Assembly (NCBI GenBank): GCA_035479015.1
Contig: DATIJC010000020.1
Coordinates: 4,365-68,364, forward strand
Reading direction: 5' to 3'
Source: Patescibacteria group bacterium
GTDB lineage: Bacteria; Patescibacteriota; Microgenomatia; UBA1400; UBA12028
DNA: 64,000 nt
In this document: positions 1-9,317 of the stretch, one piece after another
How positions within the stretch are numbered: position 1 is the stretch's first letter
Layout: each line of letters starts with the position of its first letter
Notes under the pieces: model-generated
Seen by the model: the letters and a program-made list of their open reading frames with translations, nothing else
What the model was told of the DNA's origin: nothing
Databases searched by the model: none
Program-made: the position numbers and the translations under genes

Positions 1-135
1 GTACGGCCTAGATGAGAGCGCCTGTTCTTGAGCTCTGCGCATCTTACTGGCTGCCACCATTTCCATCGCCTTGGTAATCTTGGCGATGTTGGTCGCTGAC
101 TTTATTCTGGATTTAATCAGTCTTGCTTGCGCCAT
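1..135 (-). CDS. atpG: F1 ATP synthase gamma subunit, N-terminal part (runs off the window)
   Basis: Manual translation from ATG at 135: [36 protein letters not shown], with the gamma [13 protein letters not shown] motif. Lies downstream of atpA. Confidence 0.95.
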   Translation of the reverse strand, partial: MAQARLIKSRIKSATNIAKITKAMEMVAASKMRRAQEQALSSRPY

Positions 136-424
136 CAGAATCTCTCCGAATTGTTTTTGCTAGTATATTGTCAATAACCTCATAGCCAGGCGTTATTACA
201 GATCGAATTCCGCCGTGGTGGGCCGCCCTACTAACTACCTCAATGAGTGTTGCACTCGGTAAGTCAAAATAGTTGTTTCTCTTTGCAAACAGGTACCCTA
301 CATGTAGTAAAACTAATATTGGATCATCCGTGGTCAGACGATCCAGATCAAGCTCTTGCTGTCCTGTTACGACTTCACCATTAATCACCAGTTCAATTTC
401 AAAACTTGTCATACGCCTTGTCAT
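113..424 (-). CDS. Hypothetical protein between atpA and atpG
   Basis: 103-aa ORF co-oriented with the operon, 3' end overlaps the atpG start, no motif recognised. Alternative ATG at 412. Confidence 0.55.
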   Translation of the reverse strand: MTRRMTSFEIELVINGEVVTGQQELDLDRLTTDDPILVLLHVGYLFAKRNNYFDLPSATLIEVVSRAAHHGGIRSVITPGYEVIDNILAKTIRRDSDGASKTD

Positions 425-510
425 TCCTGCGTAGGCAGGAATCCAGTCAATAAGTAAAATTCAATAATGTATTATTTGTTGTCTGGATACTTGCCTACGC
501 AAGTATGACA
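419..510. repeat. REP-like inverted doublet (REPIN-like), family A
   Basis: TGTCATTCCTGCGTAGGCAGGAATCCAG (419-446) and inverted CTGGATACTTGCCTACGCAAGTATGACA (483-510). Each arm is itself a hairpin, with an AT-rich spacer. Confidence 0.9.
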
Positions 511-513
511 TTC

Positions 514-2016
514 CTATTCCTGTTCGATCTGTAGATCTTTGTGCAATTCATTGAATTTTTCGATCAAATTTTTCAAATCTTTTTCAATGTCTTCAGTTAA
601 TTTTTGTTCTTTCAAAATCGCGTCATAAACTTTCTTGCCACTTGTATCCATATATTCAAGGAAAAGCTCTTCCCATTTGCCGACATTTTCTTTTTTAACT
701 GTGTCAATGTGGCCACGGGTACCAGCATAAATCACAGCAATCTGCTCGGTGACTTCCATGGGTCTATCCCAAGCTTGTTTCAAAAGTTCGGTGAGCCGTT
801 GTCCCCGGTCAATGCGTGCTTTAGTCTTGGCATCCAAGTCACTGGAGAACTGTGCAAAGGCTTCAAGCTCGCGGAATTGTGCGAGATCTAGTTTCATAGT
901 GCCGGCAACTTGTTTCATTGCTTTGATTTGTGCGCTGCCACCCACACGTGAGACGGAAAGTCCTACGTTAATAGCTGGTTTGATTCCGGCGTTAAATAGG
1001 CCTGATTCCAAATAAATTTGACCATCTGTGATGGAGATGACATTGGTCGGAATGTATGCTGAGACGTCATTTGCCTGTGTCTCGATGATCGGCAATGCGG
1101 TGATGGATCCACCACCATGCTTTTCATCCAAACGGCACGATCTCTCAAGTAGTCGGCTGTGCAAGTAGAAAACATCCCCCGGATACGCTTCGCGGCCAGA
1201 GGGGCGCCGGAGTAGCAGTGAGATCTCACGGTAAGCAACGGCATGTTTAGACAGATCATCGTATACGATCAAAACATCTTTCCCTTTGTCCATGAAATAC
1301 TCAGCGATAGAGGATCCAGCGTAAGGAGCCAAGTACTGCATAGAAGCAGGATCTGATGCACTGGCGTTTAGTACCACGGTGTACTCAGTTGCACCAAAGT
1401 GCTCAAGTTGCGCCATGGTTTGGGCCAGATACGCTTCTTTTTGACCGACGGCGACATATACACAGATGACATTCTTGCCTTTTTGGTTGACGATGGTGGT
1501 GAGAGCAATTGCGGATTTACCGGTACCACGGTCACCAATGATGAGTTCGCGCTGACCACGTCCGATCGGGATCATAGCGTCAACCGCTTTAATACCAGTC
1601 TGAAGTGGCACGGTCACGGATTTACGTGACATGACGCCGGGGGCTATTTTTTCCAACGGTTCCCACTTCTCTATTTCAAAAGCTGGTTTGCCATCGAGAG
1701 TCTTTCCCAATGTATTGACCACACGACCCAGGATTCCATCACCCACACCCACAGACATGATGCGTCCGGTGGTGCGTACGTCCTGGCCGGCAGTAATACC
1801 TTTTCCATCAGCGAGCAGAATAACGCCGATTTCAGTTTTACCTAAGTTGAGCGCCAATCCTTCCTGACCGTTGGAAAATTCGACAATTTCTCCCATCATG
1901 ACATCAGAAAGCCCGGAGACTTTGGCGATTCCGTCACCAAATGTCAGTACTTTGCCAATAGAAACTGGCTTGTTGCTAAACTCAATGGTTGAAATGGAAT
2001 CTAAGAGTGATTTCAT
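514..2016 (-). CDS. atpA: F1 ATP synthase alpha subunit
   Basis: [49 protein letters not shown] motifs. Confidence 0.99.
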   Translation of the reverse strand: MKSLLDSISTIEFSNKPVSIGKVLTFGDGIAKVSGLSDVMMGEIVEFSNGQEGLALNLGKTEIGVILLADGKGITAGQDVRTTGRIMSVGVGDGILGRVVNTLGKTLDGKPAFEIEKWEPLEKIAPGVMSRKSVTVPLQTGIKAVDAMIPIGRGQRELIIGDRGTGKSAIALTTIVNQKGKNVICVYVAVGQKEAYLAQTMAQLEHFGATEYTVVLNASASDPASMQYLAPYAGSSIAEYFMDKGKDVLIVYDDLSKHAVAYREISLLLRRPSGREAYPGDVFYLHSRLLERSCRLDEKHGGGSITALPIIETQANDVSAYIPTNVISITDGQIYLESGLFNAGIKPAINVGLSVSRVGGSAQIKAMKQVAGTMKLDLAQFRELEAFAQFSSDLDAKTKARIDRGQRLTELLKQAWDRPMEVTEQIAVIYAGTRGHIDTVKKENVGKWEELFLEYMDTSGKKVYDAILKEQKLTEDIEKDLKNLIEKFNELHKDLQIEQE

Positions 2017-2018
2017 AA

Positions 2019-2231
2019 TTACAAAAGTTTCTCAATTTGTGACAAGCGTCCGCGCACTGATAAATCAATACGCTCTGATCCGTTTATTGTGACTCGTAGT
2101 CCACCGATCAGATCGTTGTCGACCTTAAAATCAGCAGAAATATCATTGCCAAATTTCTTATTCAAGACTGCAAGGATCTTTTCTTCTTGTTCTTTTTCTA
2201 GTTTTACGGCTGATTCAATTAATATGTTCAT
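2019..2231 (-). CDS. atpH: ATP synthase delta subunit, short form (C-terminal domain only)
   Basis: SAVKL...[11 protein letters not shown]...IDLSVRGRL matches the delta C-terminal domain. Directly upstream of atpA. Confidence 0.85.
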   Translation of the reverse strand: MNILIESAVKLEKEQEEKILAVLNKKFGNDISADFKVDNDLIGGLRVTINGSERIDLSVRGRLSQIEKLL

Positions 2232-2485
2232 AAAACTTCATCTCTTATGCGCCTTGCAAGCACTCTTGCTTGGTCGGTTCCAACCCGGTTTTCTAAAGTG
2301 TACCAATTCTCTATCAGAGGTGTAGCGCACTGCATACCTCGGCGGAAGAAATGTATAAGTGACAGTACTAACGAGACAATTATTCTTTGTTCGCCTGGAT
2401 CTATCGTCACAGATTCCACTCTTCTTCTAACTCGCTGCAGCTCTTCCACTGCATCTCTTGGTCCAATAAATACATCTTGAAGCAT
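2228..2485 (-). CDS. Hypothetical protein between atpF and atpH
   Basis: 85-aa ORF starting 3 nt after the atpF stop, with an ATGA overlap with atpH. Confidence 0.65.
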   Translation of the reverse strand: MLQDVFIGPRDAVEELQRVRRRVESVTIDPGEQRIIVSLVLSLIHFFRRGMQCATPLIENWYTLENRVGTDQARVLARRIRDEVL

Positions 2486-2488
2486 ACT

Positions 2489-2980
2489 TTATGCTAATGC
2501 CTTCTCTAGATCCTTTACGGCCGCTTCGACTAATTTGCTCTGTGCTTTTTTGTCAGACAGCTCGCTGCCCAAAATCTTTTCTGCCACAGCAACTGCAGTT
2601 TTACTTACCCGGCTTTCCAGCTCGGCCTTCATGCCGGCAAGTTCTGACTGCCATTTCTCCATCTCATTCTCACGAACTTGCTTCATCTCTTCTTTGACTT
2701 CTTTGGAGAGTTTGACTTTGAGCTGTTTGGCTTCATCACGTGCTACTTCCAAGAATTTGCTCGCCTCTTTCTCAGATTGAGATTTTGCTTTTTTCTTGAG
2801 TGTTTCGATTTCCTCTTTTTCACGGATTGAGACCTCAGCAGCGTGTTGTCCCTCCTCTACTTTGGCTCGTCTGTCATCTAAAACTTTAAGTATTGGCTTG
2901 TAGAGGAATTTAACCAACACAGCGAAGATGACGCCGAAATTAATCACTTGAAAAAGGATTTGTAGTCCATTGATTTCCAT
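2489..2980 (-). CDS. atpF: Fo ATP synthase subunit b
   Basis: N-terminal TM QVINFGVIFAVLVKFLYKPI followed by a charged coiled coil. Operon position fits. Confidence 0.95.
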   Translation of the reverse strand: MEINGLQILFQVINFGVIFAVLVKFLYKPILKVLDDRRAKVEEGQHAAEVSIREKEEIETLKKKAKSQSEKEASKFLEVARDEAKQLKVKLSKEVKEEMKQVRENEMEKWQSELAGMKAELESRVSKTAVAVAEKILGSELSDKKAQSKLVEAAVKDLEKALA

Positions 2981-2989
2981 AAATATCCT

Positions 2990-3235
<246 letters not shown>

Positions 3236-3997
3236 TTAATGTTCTTCCCCACCATGACCTACAGTAGCCAGGTTGAAAAAGACAAGTGAAAGCATAGCGA
3301 ATACCAGTGCTTGAATGACGCCTACAAACAATTCCAGACCATAAAACGGCATAGGAATAATTACAGGCACAAGGAATGTCATCACAGCAAGCAGCACTTC
3401 TCCGGCGAAAACGTTACCAAATAAACGGAAACCGAACGACATCACCTTTGCTAACTCCAGGATAAACTCCAAGATTCCCACAAATGCGTTCATTGGGTTT
3501 GAAAAATTAAAATATTTTTTTAAATAAGATAGCCCTAGTGCGCTCAGGCCAAAATATTGAGTTACCACGACACTCACAAGTGCGAGCGCAATAGTTGTAT
3601 TAAGGTCTGCGGTGCCCGCCCGCATATACGGAACAAATTCACTTACTCCTTCTTTGATTTCACGGAAACCGATCGCACCAACTCCAGGGAGTAAGCCAAA
3701 CCAGTTATTGAACAAAATGAAAAGGAAGAATGTCGCAATGAGTGGAAAAAAAAGAGCAGTCTTTTGACGACTGCCGGTGATATCGAGCGTTAAGTTGTAG
3801 AGACTCTCAATAATCATTTCCATCATTGCTTGAAAGCGGCTGGGTTTACCCTTTGCTTTCAGTTTCGCATGGACGGTGAGAGCCAAAATGACAAGAAGTA
3901 CGGAAACGACCAGACTAGTAAAGATAGAATTGCTTACAGCAAGCGGACCCACATGGGCAATTGTTTCGGCGGAGATCGAGATATGTAATGCGGACAT
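3236..3997 (-). CDS. atpB: Fo ATP synthase subunit a
   Basis: NWFGLLPG, TADLNTT, SFGFRLFGNVFAGE, IQALVF motifs. Start moved to ATG 3997 (MSALHISISAE). Confidence 0.95.
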   Translation of the reverse strand: MSALHISISAETIAHVGPLAVSNSIFTSLVVSVLLVILALTVHAKLKAKGKPSRFQAMMEMIIESLYNLTLDITGSRQKTALFFPLIATFFLFILFNNWFGLLPGVGAIGFREIKEGVSEFVPYMRAGTADLNTTIALALVSVVVTQYFGLSALGLSYLKKYFNFSNPMNAFVGILEFILELAKVMSFGFRLFGNVFAGEVLLAVMTFLVPVIIPMPFYGLELFVGVIQALVFAMLSLVFFNLATVGHGGEEH

Positions 3998-4128
3998 ATG
4001 TGACCTGTAAACGCCAGTACTTTTCCGGTGCTTACTGTAGTAGTATACCCCTAAATTTTTTAGCCGCAAGATAGCACTTGAGAGGATTTCTGGTTGAAAT
4101 GAGTAAATTCTTGTTGCTACAATGAGAA

Positions 4129-5235
4129 ATGCCTCTCAGAGCCCGTGCCGTCTATCTTGCCCTCGCCAGCACGCTGCTCTTTTCAGCGTGTACGCAAAAC
4201 GGTCAAGTAGCTACGCTGGAACAAAAACCTTCGCTCCTGCAAGCATTGATCTCCACCGCCACGAAATCAGGTGCAACTCCAGTTCCAGAAAAATTACCTG
4301 CATACAAGAGTCCAGGACGTGAGTTTTCATTACCAGGTGCTAAATGGGTGCCTCAGAGTTACAACAACTGCGCGCCTGCCACTACATCTATGATCCTTCA
4401 GTACTTTGGTCATAGTGTCAGTCAAGTTGAGACCAAACAGGCTTTGCGAACTACCTCAGGTGATAAAAATGTATTTACTCCGGAAATTCAAACATATTTA
4501 AAAAATACCTATAACTTAGAGTCCAAGCTTGGATTTGGGGGCGATTTGCAAATGCTTAAAACGTTGTTTACGAACGGTTTTTATGTGATGGTAGAAGATT
4601 GGTTACATCCTGGTGAAGACATCGGACATAATACAATTATCCGGGGATTTGATGACGATAGGCAAGTGGTGATTTCCGATGACTCATTTATTGGCGCAGG
4701 AGTCACTTTTCCCTACGATGTTTTCGTAAATAATCAATGGAAGGCCTTTAACCGCGAATACTTGATCGTCTATACCAAGGATAAAGAGCCTCTGCTCAAA
4801 GCAATACTTGCCAGCCGCTTTGATGACAAGGCCATGTGGCAGCATGCGATCGATATCAATACGAGTGAGACAAAGAGTGCTCCAAACGATATGTATGCGT
4901 GGTTTAATCTCGGCAGTAGTTATTATGGGGCGGGAAGTTTCTCACAAGCAAAAACTGCCTTTGATAAAGCGAAAGCTATCGGGTGGCCCCGTCGTATGTT
5001 GTGGTACCAAATCCAGCCGATTCAAACTTACAACAAGGTTGGTGAATATCAAAAAGCGCTTGATTTAATTGCCGAAGGCCTGGCTGGTAATCAAGAATTT
5101 GCGGAGTTGCATTATGAGGCAGCTGTTGCCTATAAAGGACTTGGTCAGCTTGACCGAGCGCGTAGCGAAGTTCAATTAGCTCTTAGCTTTGCTCCCAAAT
5201 ATGCACCAGCGCTAGTTTTATCAAAACAGCTCTAA
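4129..5235 (+). CDS. Lipoprotein with C39-like cysteine peptidase domain and TPR repeats
   Basis: Lipobox LFSAC, QSYNNCAPA (Cys), GHNTIIRG (His), ISDD (Asp), and C-terminal TPR-like helices. Confidence 0.8.
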   Translation: MPLRARAVYLALASTLLFSACTQNGQVATLEQKPSLLQALISTATKSGATPVPEKLPAYKSPGREFSLPGAKWVPQSYNNCAPATTSMILQYFGHSVSQVETKQALRTTSGDKNVFTPEIQTYLKNTYNLESKLGFGGDLQMLKTLFTNGFYVMVEDWLHPGEDIGHNTIIRGFDDDRQVVISDDSFIGAGVTFPYDVFVNNQWKAFNREYLIVYTKDKEPLLKAILASRFDDKAMWQHAIDINTSETKSAPNDMYAWFNLGSSYYGAGSFSQAKTAFDKAKAIGWPRRMLWYQIQPIQTYNKVGEYQKALDLIAEGLAGNQEFAELHYEAAVAYKGLGQLDRARSEVQLALSFAPKYAPALVLSKQL

Positions 5236-5489
5236 TTTTGAATAATTCTTTCTAAAAAAGAAGTAAGTTCGATATCTACGCCAGTTCCCCGCTCTTGGCG
5301 GGCGACATACAGCATGTGGATTTGGCCGTTCTTGATACTGCCCACTCCCACAATCTTCTTGCCGATCTTGGCTACATAGATATTTTCGCGTCCGGCAAAC
5401 CATAACACATTGGGGACATTGTATTCAGGTGTGCCGATGAGGCTTGATACAGCCTCGGCGTCTTCCAGCTCAAATGCACGTATTTTCAT
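5232..5489 (-). CDS. Small GNAT-like acetyltransferase, possibly truncated
   Basis: MKIRAFELED...IVGVG...LYVARQERGTGV resembles GNAT motif A. Only 85 aa. Confidence 0.6.
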   Translation of the reverse strand: MKIRAFELEDAEAVSSLIGTPEYNVPNVLWFAGRENIYVAKIGKKIVGVGSIKNGQIHMLYVARQERGTGVDIELTSFLERIIQN

Positions 5490-5491
5490 AG

Positions 5492-5908
5492 TTACTCTTC
5501 AAATACCCAGATCTTTTTATTCATTTGAACGAGGTCTGTAAACTTACCGACAAAACGGGTAGCCTTGACTGTCCGGTCATCAATCCAGTGGTAATTTCCC
5601 CCACGTGGTTTGCCAAACATGATCCCATGATACTTGAAACCATGATCAGCAAGCCATCTCTCTGTATTTGGCCGGTGCTCTTCGATCCTGGAAGTAAAAA
5701 AAGTGATGACATGCCCCTGGTCGTACCAGTTGTTTATTTTCTCTTTGGCTCCGGGAATCTCATCTGCTGTGAGCATACGCTCCGGTTCTTCATTTGGTAC
5801 GTCTTCACAAATAGTGCCGTCAATGTCGATCAGGAAGTTTTTGATTCCGTCAGGTAATGAAGGGCTTAGGCGTTTACCATTTGCGTCTACTTTGGCTGTG
5901 AGTTTCAT
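5492..5908 (-). CDS. Capless HAD-superfamily phosphatase
   Basis: DIDGT motif I, FTSR motif II, GKP and IDD motifs. Confidence 0.85.
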   Translation of the reverse strand: MKLTAKVDANGKRLSPSLPDGIKNFLIDIDGTICEDVPNEEPERMLTADEIPGAKEKINNWYDQGHVITFFTSRIEEHRPNTERWLADHGFKYHGIMFGKPRGGNYHWIDDRTVKATRFVGKFTDLVQMNKKIWVFEE

Positions 5909-5993
5909 GGGGATAAGTGTAACACGGGCAACTTGCCAGGGGTAAGTGCTACCGTACTCGATTTGAGAATGATATACTATAGTGTCGAAATTT

Positions 5994-6065
5994 GAGTCCG
6001 TAGCTCAGTGGTAGAGCAGGAGCCTTTTAAGCTCTGTGTCGTGGGTTCGATCCCCACCGGACTCA
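5994..6065 (+). tRNA. tRNA-Lys(UUU)
   Basis: GAGTCCG/CGGACTC acceptor stem, anticodon loop CT-TTT-AA, T-arm GTGGG-TTCGATC-CCCAC. CCA not encoded. Confidence 0.97.
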
Positions 6066-6070
6066 CTAGT

Positions 6071-6144
6071 GGCCCCATCGTCTAGCGGCCTTGGACGCTT
6101 GGTTTTCATCCAAGAAATCGTGGGTTCGAATCCCACTGGGGTCA
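6071..6144 (+). tRNA. tRNA-Glu(UUC)
   Basis: GGCCCCA/TGGGGTC acceptor, CTTGG-TT-TTC-AT-CCAAG anticodon arm, TTCGAAT T-loop. Confidence 0.97.
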
Positions 6145-6186
6145 CATGCAGAAAATATAGGCCTAGGGTGATATAATATAGGCCTG

Positions 6187-7296
6187 ATGATATACATATA
6201 TCTGCCGGCTGTTCCAGCTGAGCCTATTGGGGGTATCCAGACCCTGTTTGACTATGCCAACACGCTCAATGGGATGTCGGGCAAGACAATTGCCACCATT
6301 GTCAGCAAAGTCAACTATATACGTCAAATTCTCCCGAGATCCTATCCATTAGTTCCGGTCCTCTATAAAGAACCTGAGCTAGTTACCAGTGACATTTTAG
6401 TTTTCCCAGAGGTTCTGCTTGAGAGTGTCGATAAGTACCCAACAGAGAATAAAAAGTATTTAGCAGTTTTAAACTGGCAGTACTTTGAGTTTTATACAAA
6501 ACGTCTCAAGCGCCCAATGCCAAGGATTGAAGGTATATTAACCAATAGCCAGTTCGCCAAAGACAAAATCGAGAAAGTTGTAGACGTACCAGTGTTTGCC
6601 ATTCCCCACATTATCGACGCTAATTTCTCAGTCAAGAATTCGTTTGCCAAACGTGAGCCAAATTCAATCCTTATTTTAAATCGCAAAAACACTCATCACA
6701 TCGGCAAAATCTTATCATTCCTCCAAGCCCTGCCGCACAAAGTTACAATTGTGAACAACGTGACTCCAACAAAGTTGGCAAAGTTGTATAACGAGCATCA
6801 GATCTTCATTAGTTTAGGCTACCCTGAAGGATTTGGTCGCCCAGCTGCAGAGGCAATGGCCTGTGGATGTGTTGTAGTTGGTTTTACTGGGGGTGGAGGC
6901 AGTGACTTCATGAGTGACGGTTTTAACAGCTTTACGGCAAAAGATAGCAACGAGGACGAGTTATTGCAAAAATTGTCACACGTTCTTCACAGATTAAACA
7001 TTCAACAGAAATCAGACATTTCTGCCCTGGCCGCACACACTATTAAGTCCCGCTATAACCCAAAAACACAGTCTAATGTAATTGGTGCAATTTTTGCCAA
7101 AGATGTGGGCAAGACAATAAAAATACTAAAGACCGCGAAGAGTAAGGCGGTTACCCCACTATACGCGGCCAGCTCAAAAGAGACACTAGAGATATCACTG
7201 TTTCATGAGCGGCAAAAATACCAGGATATTGTCTCGTCCAAGTACTTTAAGATTTGGCAGTCACTGAGTTCACTGCGAAGCATAATCCCAAACTAA
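6187..7296 (+). CDS. GT-B (family 4-like) glycosyltransferase
   Basis: GGIQT N-terminal motif and EGFGRPAAEAMACG (Ex7E) motif. Confidence 0.9.
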   Translation: MIYIYLPAVPAEPIGGIQTLFDYANTLNGMSGKTIATIVSKVNYIRQILPRSYPLVPVLYKEPELVTSDILVFPEVLLESVDKYPTENKKYLAVLNWQYFEFYTKRLKRPMPRIEGILTNSQFAKDKIEKVVDVPVFAIPHIIDANFSVKNSFAKREPNSILILNRKNTHHIGKILSFLQALPHKVTIVNNVTPTKLAKLYNEHQIFISLGYPEGFGRPAAEAMACGCVVVGFTGGGGSDFMSDGFNSFTAKDSNEDELLQKLSHVLHRLNIQQKSDISALAAHTIKSRYNPKTQSNVIGAIFAKDVGKTIKILKTAKSKAVTPLYAASSKETLEISLFHERQKYQDIVSSKYFKIWQSLSSLRSIIPN

Positions 7297-7299
7297 CGG

Positions 7300-7328
7300 A
7301 AAAAAACAGGGGGTTGCCCCCCTGTTTT
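7300..7328. terminator. Intrinsic terminator hairpin, repeat copy 1 (probably bidirectional)
   Basis: A7-CAGGGGG-TTGC-CCCCCTG-T4 between convergent genes. GCAA tetraloop on the minus strand. Confidence 0.85.
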
Positions 7329-7349
7329 CAAGTTTTCCCAAAACACCAA

Positions 7350-7982
7350 TTAGTCACCTACAGTGAAATAGGCATAGGGAGTATTGCTACTAGCTCGCGA
7401 TGATCTCCATGCAACCGCGTCTGTACTGCCATCTTTAACGATAACAGTCAAGATGCCACTGTTATATGCACAGGCATTGCTAATGCTATCAAGTAGGCTA
7501 AAAGTTGTCCAATCATTTACAGAATCTTCCTGCGTAGACAGAGTCGGATAATCTGTCAGTAGTATTGGATTGCTATTTATTGTTCTAATTGCTGGCATGT
7601 TGTTCCAAGTAACGCCAGTCTCTGTCCATGTTGAAGTTTCACCCAACCAAGCATTGTGTCCACCATCTGAAACTGCATCAACTTTCATGTACATACTGCC
7701 GCCTGGAGTTCCTACATACTGCGTACATGGATTATTTCCATCCGTATCTACTGCGCTTGTCAAATCGAATTTCAGAAGAGAATAATTTTGTTCAGTATCA
7801 TTCTGCGACCAAAGCCGAACTGAGGTACCATAGTTAGTATTTGGATGCGCACTAGACACGTACGTATCGGCAATTGGATATATTGGGCCCACCGATTGGT
7901 CCAATGCCTGTACCAGTCCTGGCGTCATTGCAAATGCAAGCGCAGAAATCGTCGCTGCTATCGAATACTTTTTACCAATCAT
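7350..7982 (-). CDS. Secreted DNRLRE/CBM96-like beta-sandwich protein, paralog 1
   Basis: Signal peptide, ADTYVSSAHPNTNYG, SLLKFDL, WTETGVTWNNMP motifs. AGGAGG upstream. Confidence 0.75.
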   Translation of the reverse strand: MIGKKYSIAATISALAFAMTPGLVQALDQSVGPIYPIADTYVSSAHPNTNYGTSVRLWSQNDTEQNYSLLKFDLTSAVDTDGNNPCTQYVGTPGGSMYMKVDAVSDGGHNAWLGETSTWTETGVTWNNMPAIRTINSNPILLTDYPTLSTQEDSVNDWTTFSLLDSISNACAYNSGILTVIVKDGSTDAVAWRSSRASSNTPYAYFTVGD

Positions 7983-8102
7983 AGGCCTCCTTCAGGCTAC
8001 GCTTTTCTATTAGAATTTAGTATACGGTCATCTCCGGTTAGCGGGTCAATGCACAGTTCATTTCGTGATGGTATTATTCAGACTGTGTTCAGTTTAGTTA
8101 CC

Positions 8103-8131
8103 AAAAAAAACAGGGGGTTGCCCCCCTGTTT
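8103..8131 (-). terminator. Intrinsic terminator hairpin, repeat copy 2
   Basis: A8-CAGGGGG-TTGC-CCCCCTG-TTT, same core as 7300-7328, downstream of the 8159-8797 gene. Confidence 0.85.
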
Positions 8132-8158
8132 AAGTAGTCTACAGAATATAGAAATTTG

Positions 8159-8797
8159 TTAGTTTCCTACGTCAAAATATGCATACGGTTTTTCGCTCGA
8201 TGCATCATTTGACTTCCAGGCTATTGCATTCGCTCCGCCATCCTTGACGATCATGGTCAAAATCCCACTGTTATAGGTACATGCACTAGTAAAATCACCT
8301 GACAGGGCTATGTGAGTCCAGTCATTGACAGAGTCTTCTGATGTGGAGGCAGTCGGATTGTCTGAAAGAAGTACTGGACTACCGTCATTTGAAGGGTAGT
8401 CATAGTTACGCACGGCTGGCATGTTATTGCACGTTACTCCTGATTCAGTCCACGTAGAAGTCTCGCCAAGATACACTTGATGTCCCCCATTCGATACTTC
8501 GTCCACTTTCATAACGAGCTCTCCATCAGAACCACCATTGGTGCAGGGAGTGGCACTAGTTCCAGGTTTAATAACCTGAGTTAGATCAAATTTCAAAATT
8601 GAGTAGTTTTGCTCGGTATCATTTTGTACCCAAAGCCTCGACGAAGTACCATAATTGGTACTGGGGTGCGCGCTCGACACATAGGTTGCCGCAGTTGGAT
8701 ACACTGGCCCTACACTAGTAGCCATCGCTAAACTAGGCACCGCCAAGAATGAAAAGGCAGATACTGTTAGCACACATAGTTTCGTTTTACTGCTCAT
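8159..8797 (-). CDS. Secreted DNRLRE/CBM96-like protein, paralog 2
   Basis: Aligns by eye with 7350-7982 over its full length (TYVSSAHP, QNDTEQNYS, EDSVNDWT, PYAYF). AGGAGG upstream. Confidence 0.75.
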   Translation of the reverse strand: MSSKTKLCVLTVSAFSFLAVPSLAMATSVGPVYPTAATYVSSAHPSTNYGTSSRLWVQNDTEQNYSILKFDLTQVIKPGTSATPCTNGGSDGELVMKVDEVSNGGHQVYLGETSTWTESGVTCNNMPAVRNYDYPSNDGSPVLLSDNPTASTSEDSVNDWTHIALSGDFTSACTYNSGILTMIVKDGGANAIAWKSNDASSEKPYAYFDVGN

Positions 8798-8886
8798 GCT
8801 CCTCCTTTTAGATTTTCCTAACTTTCAGACTTCAGTATACATTCAGTAATACATAAACTGTCAATACATAAAAAGTTTCGCCTAAT

Positions 8887-8907
8887 AAAACAGGGGGTTG
8901 CCCTCTG
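8887..8907. repeat. Degenerate third copy of the terminator repeat
   Basis: AAAACAGGGGGTTGCCCTCTG in a divergent intergenic region. Confidence 0.75.
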
Positions 8908-8957
8908 ACAAAATTTAGATTTGACCCGAAGGGGTAGAATTTGCCATACTACACACA

Positions 8958-9317
8958 ATGAATACAGTTTCTCTTGGGCCCGATAACATCATCATGGCGG
9001 CGTATGTCGGTGACCAAACGGAAGATACCATCACCCAAACGTGGAAAGAGACCATCCCAATGGTCAAAGAGTTGCGGGACAAAGGTCTACCCATAAAAGT
9101 TATTCTCGATCTCTCGAAACTTACAGGTCAAAATTCCAGCGCCAGAAGAGCTGCCAGAGATGTGCTGTTGCAGTTAGCTCCAGACAAAATGGCAGTGATC
9201 GGCGCCAATACCTTCATCCGCTACCTTGCAGGATTTATCTTTAAAGCCACCAATATGGAGAAAAATATTAAACAATTTCCTGAAATGAAGGATGCAGCGG
9301 CATGGATAAACTCATAG
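8958..9317 (+). CDS. STAS/SpoIIAA-like small protein
   Basis: VILDLSKL...ARR...KMAVIG...F...DAAAWI pattern typical of SpoIIAA-like domains. Confidence 0.65.
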   Translation: MNTVSLGPDNIIMAAYVGDQTEDTITQTWKETIPMVKELRDKGLPIKVILDLSKLTGQNSSARRAARDVLLQLAPDKMAVIGANTFIRYLAGFIFKATNMEKNIKQFPEMKDAAAWINS

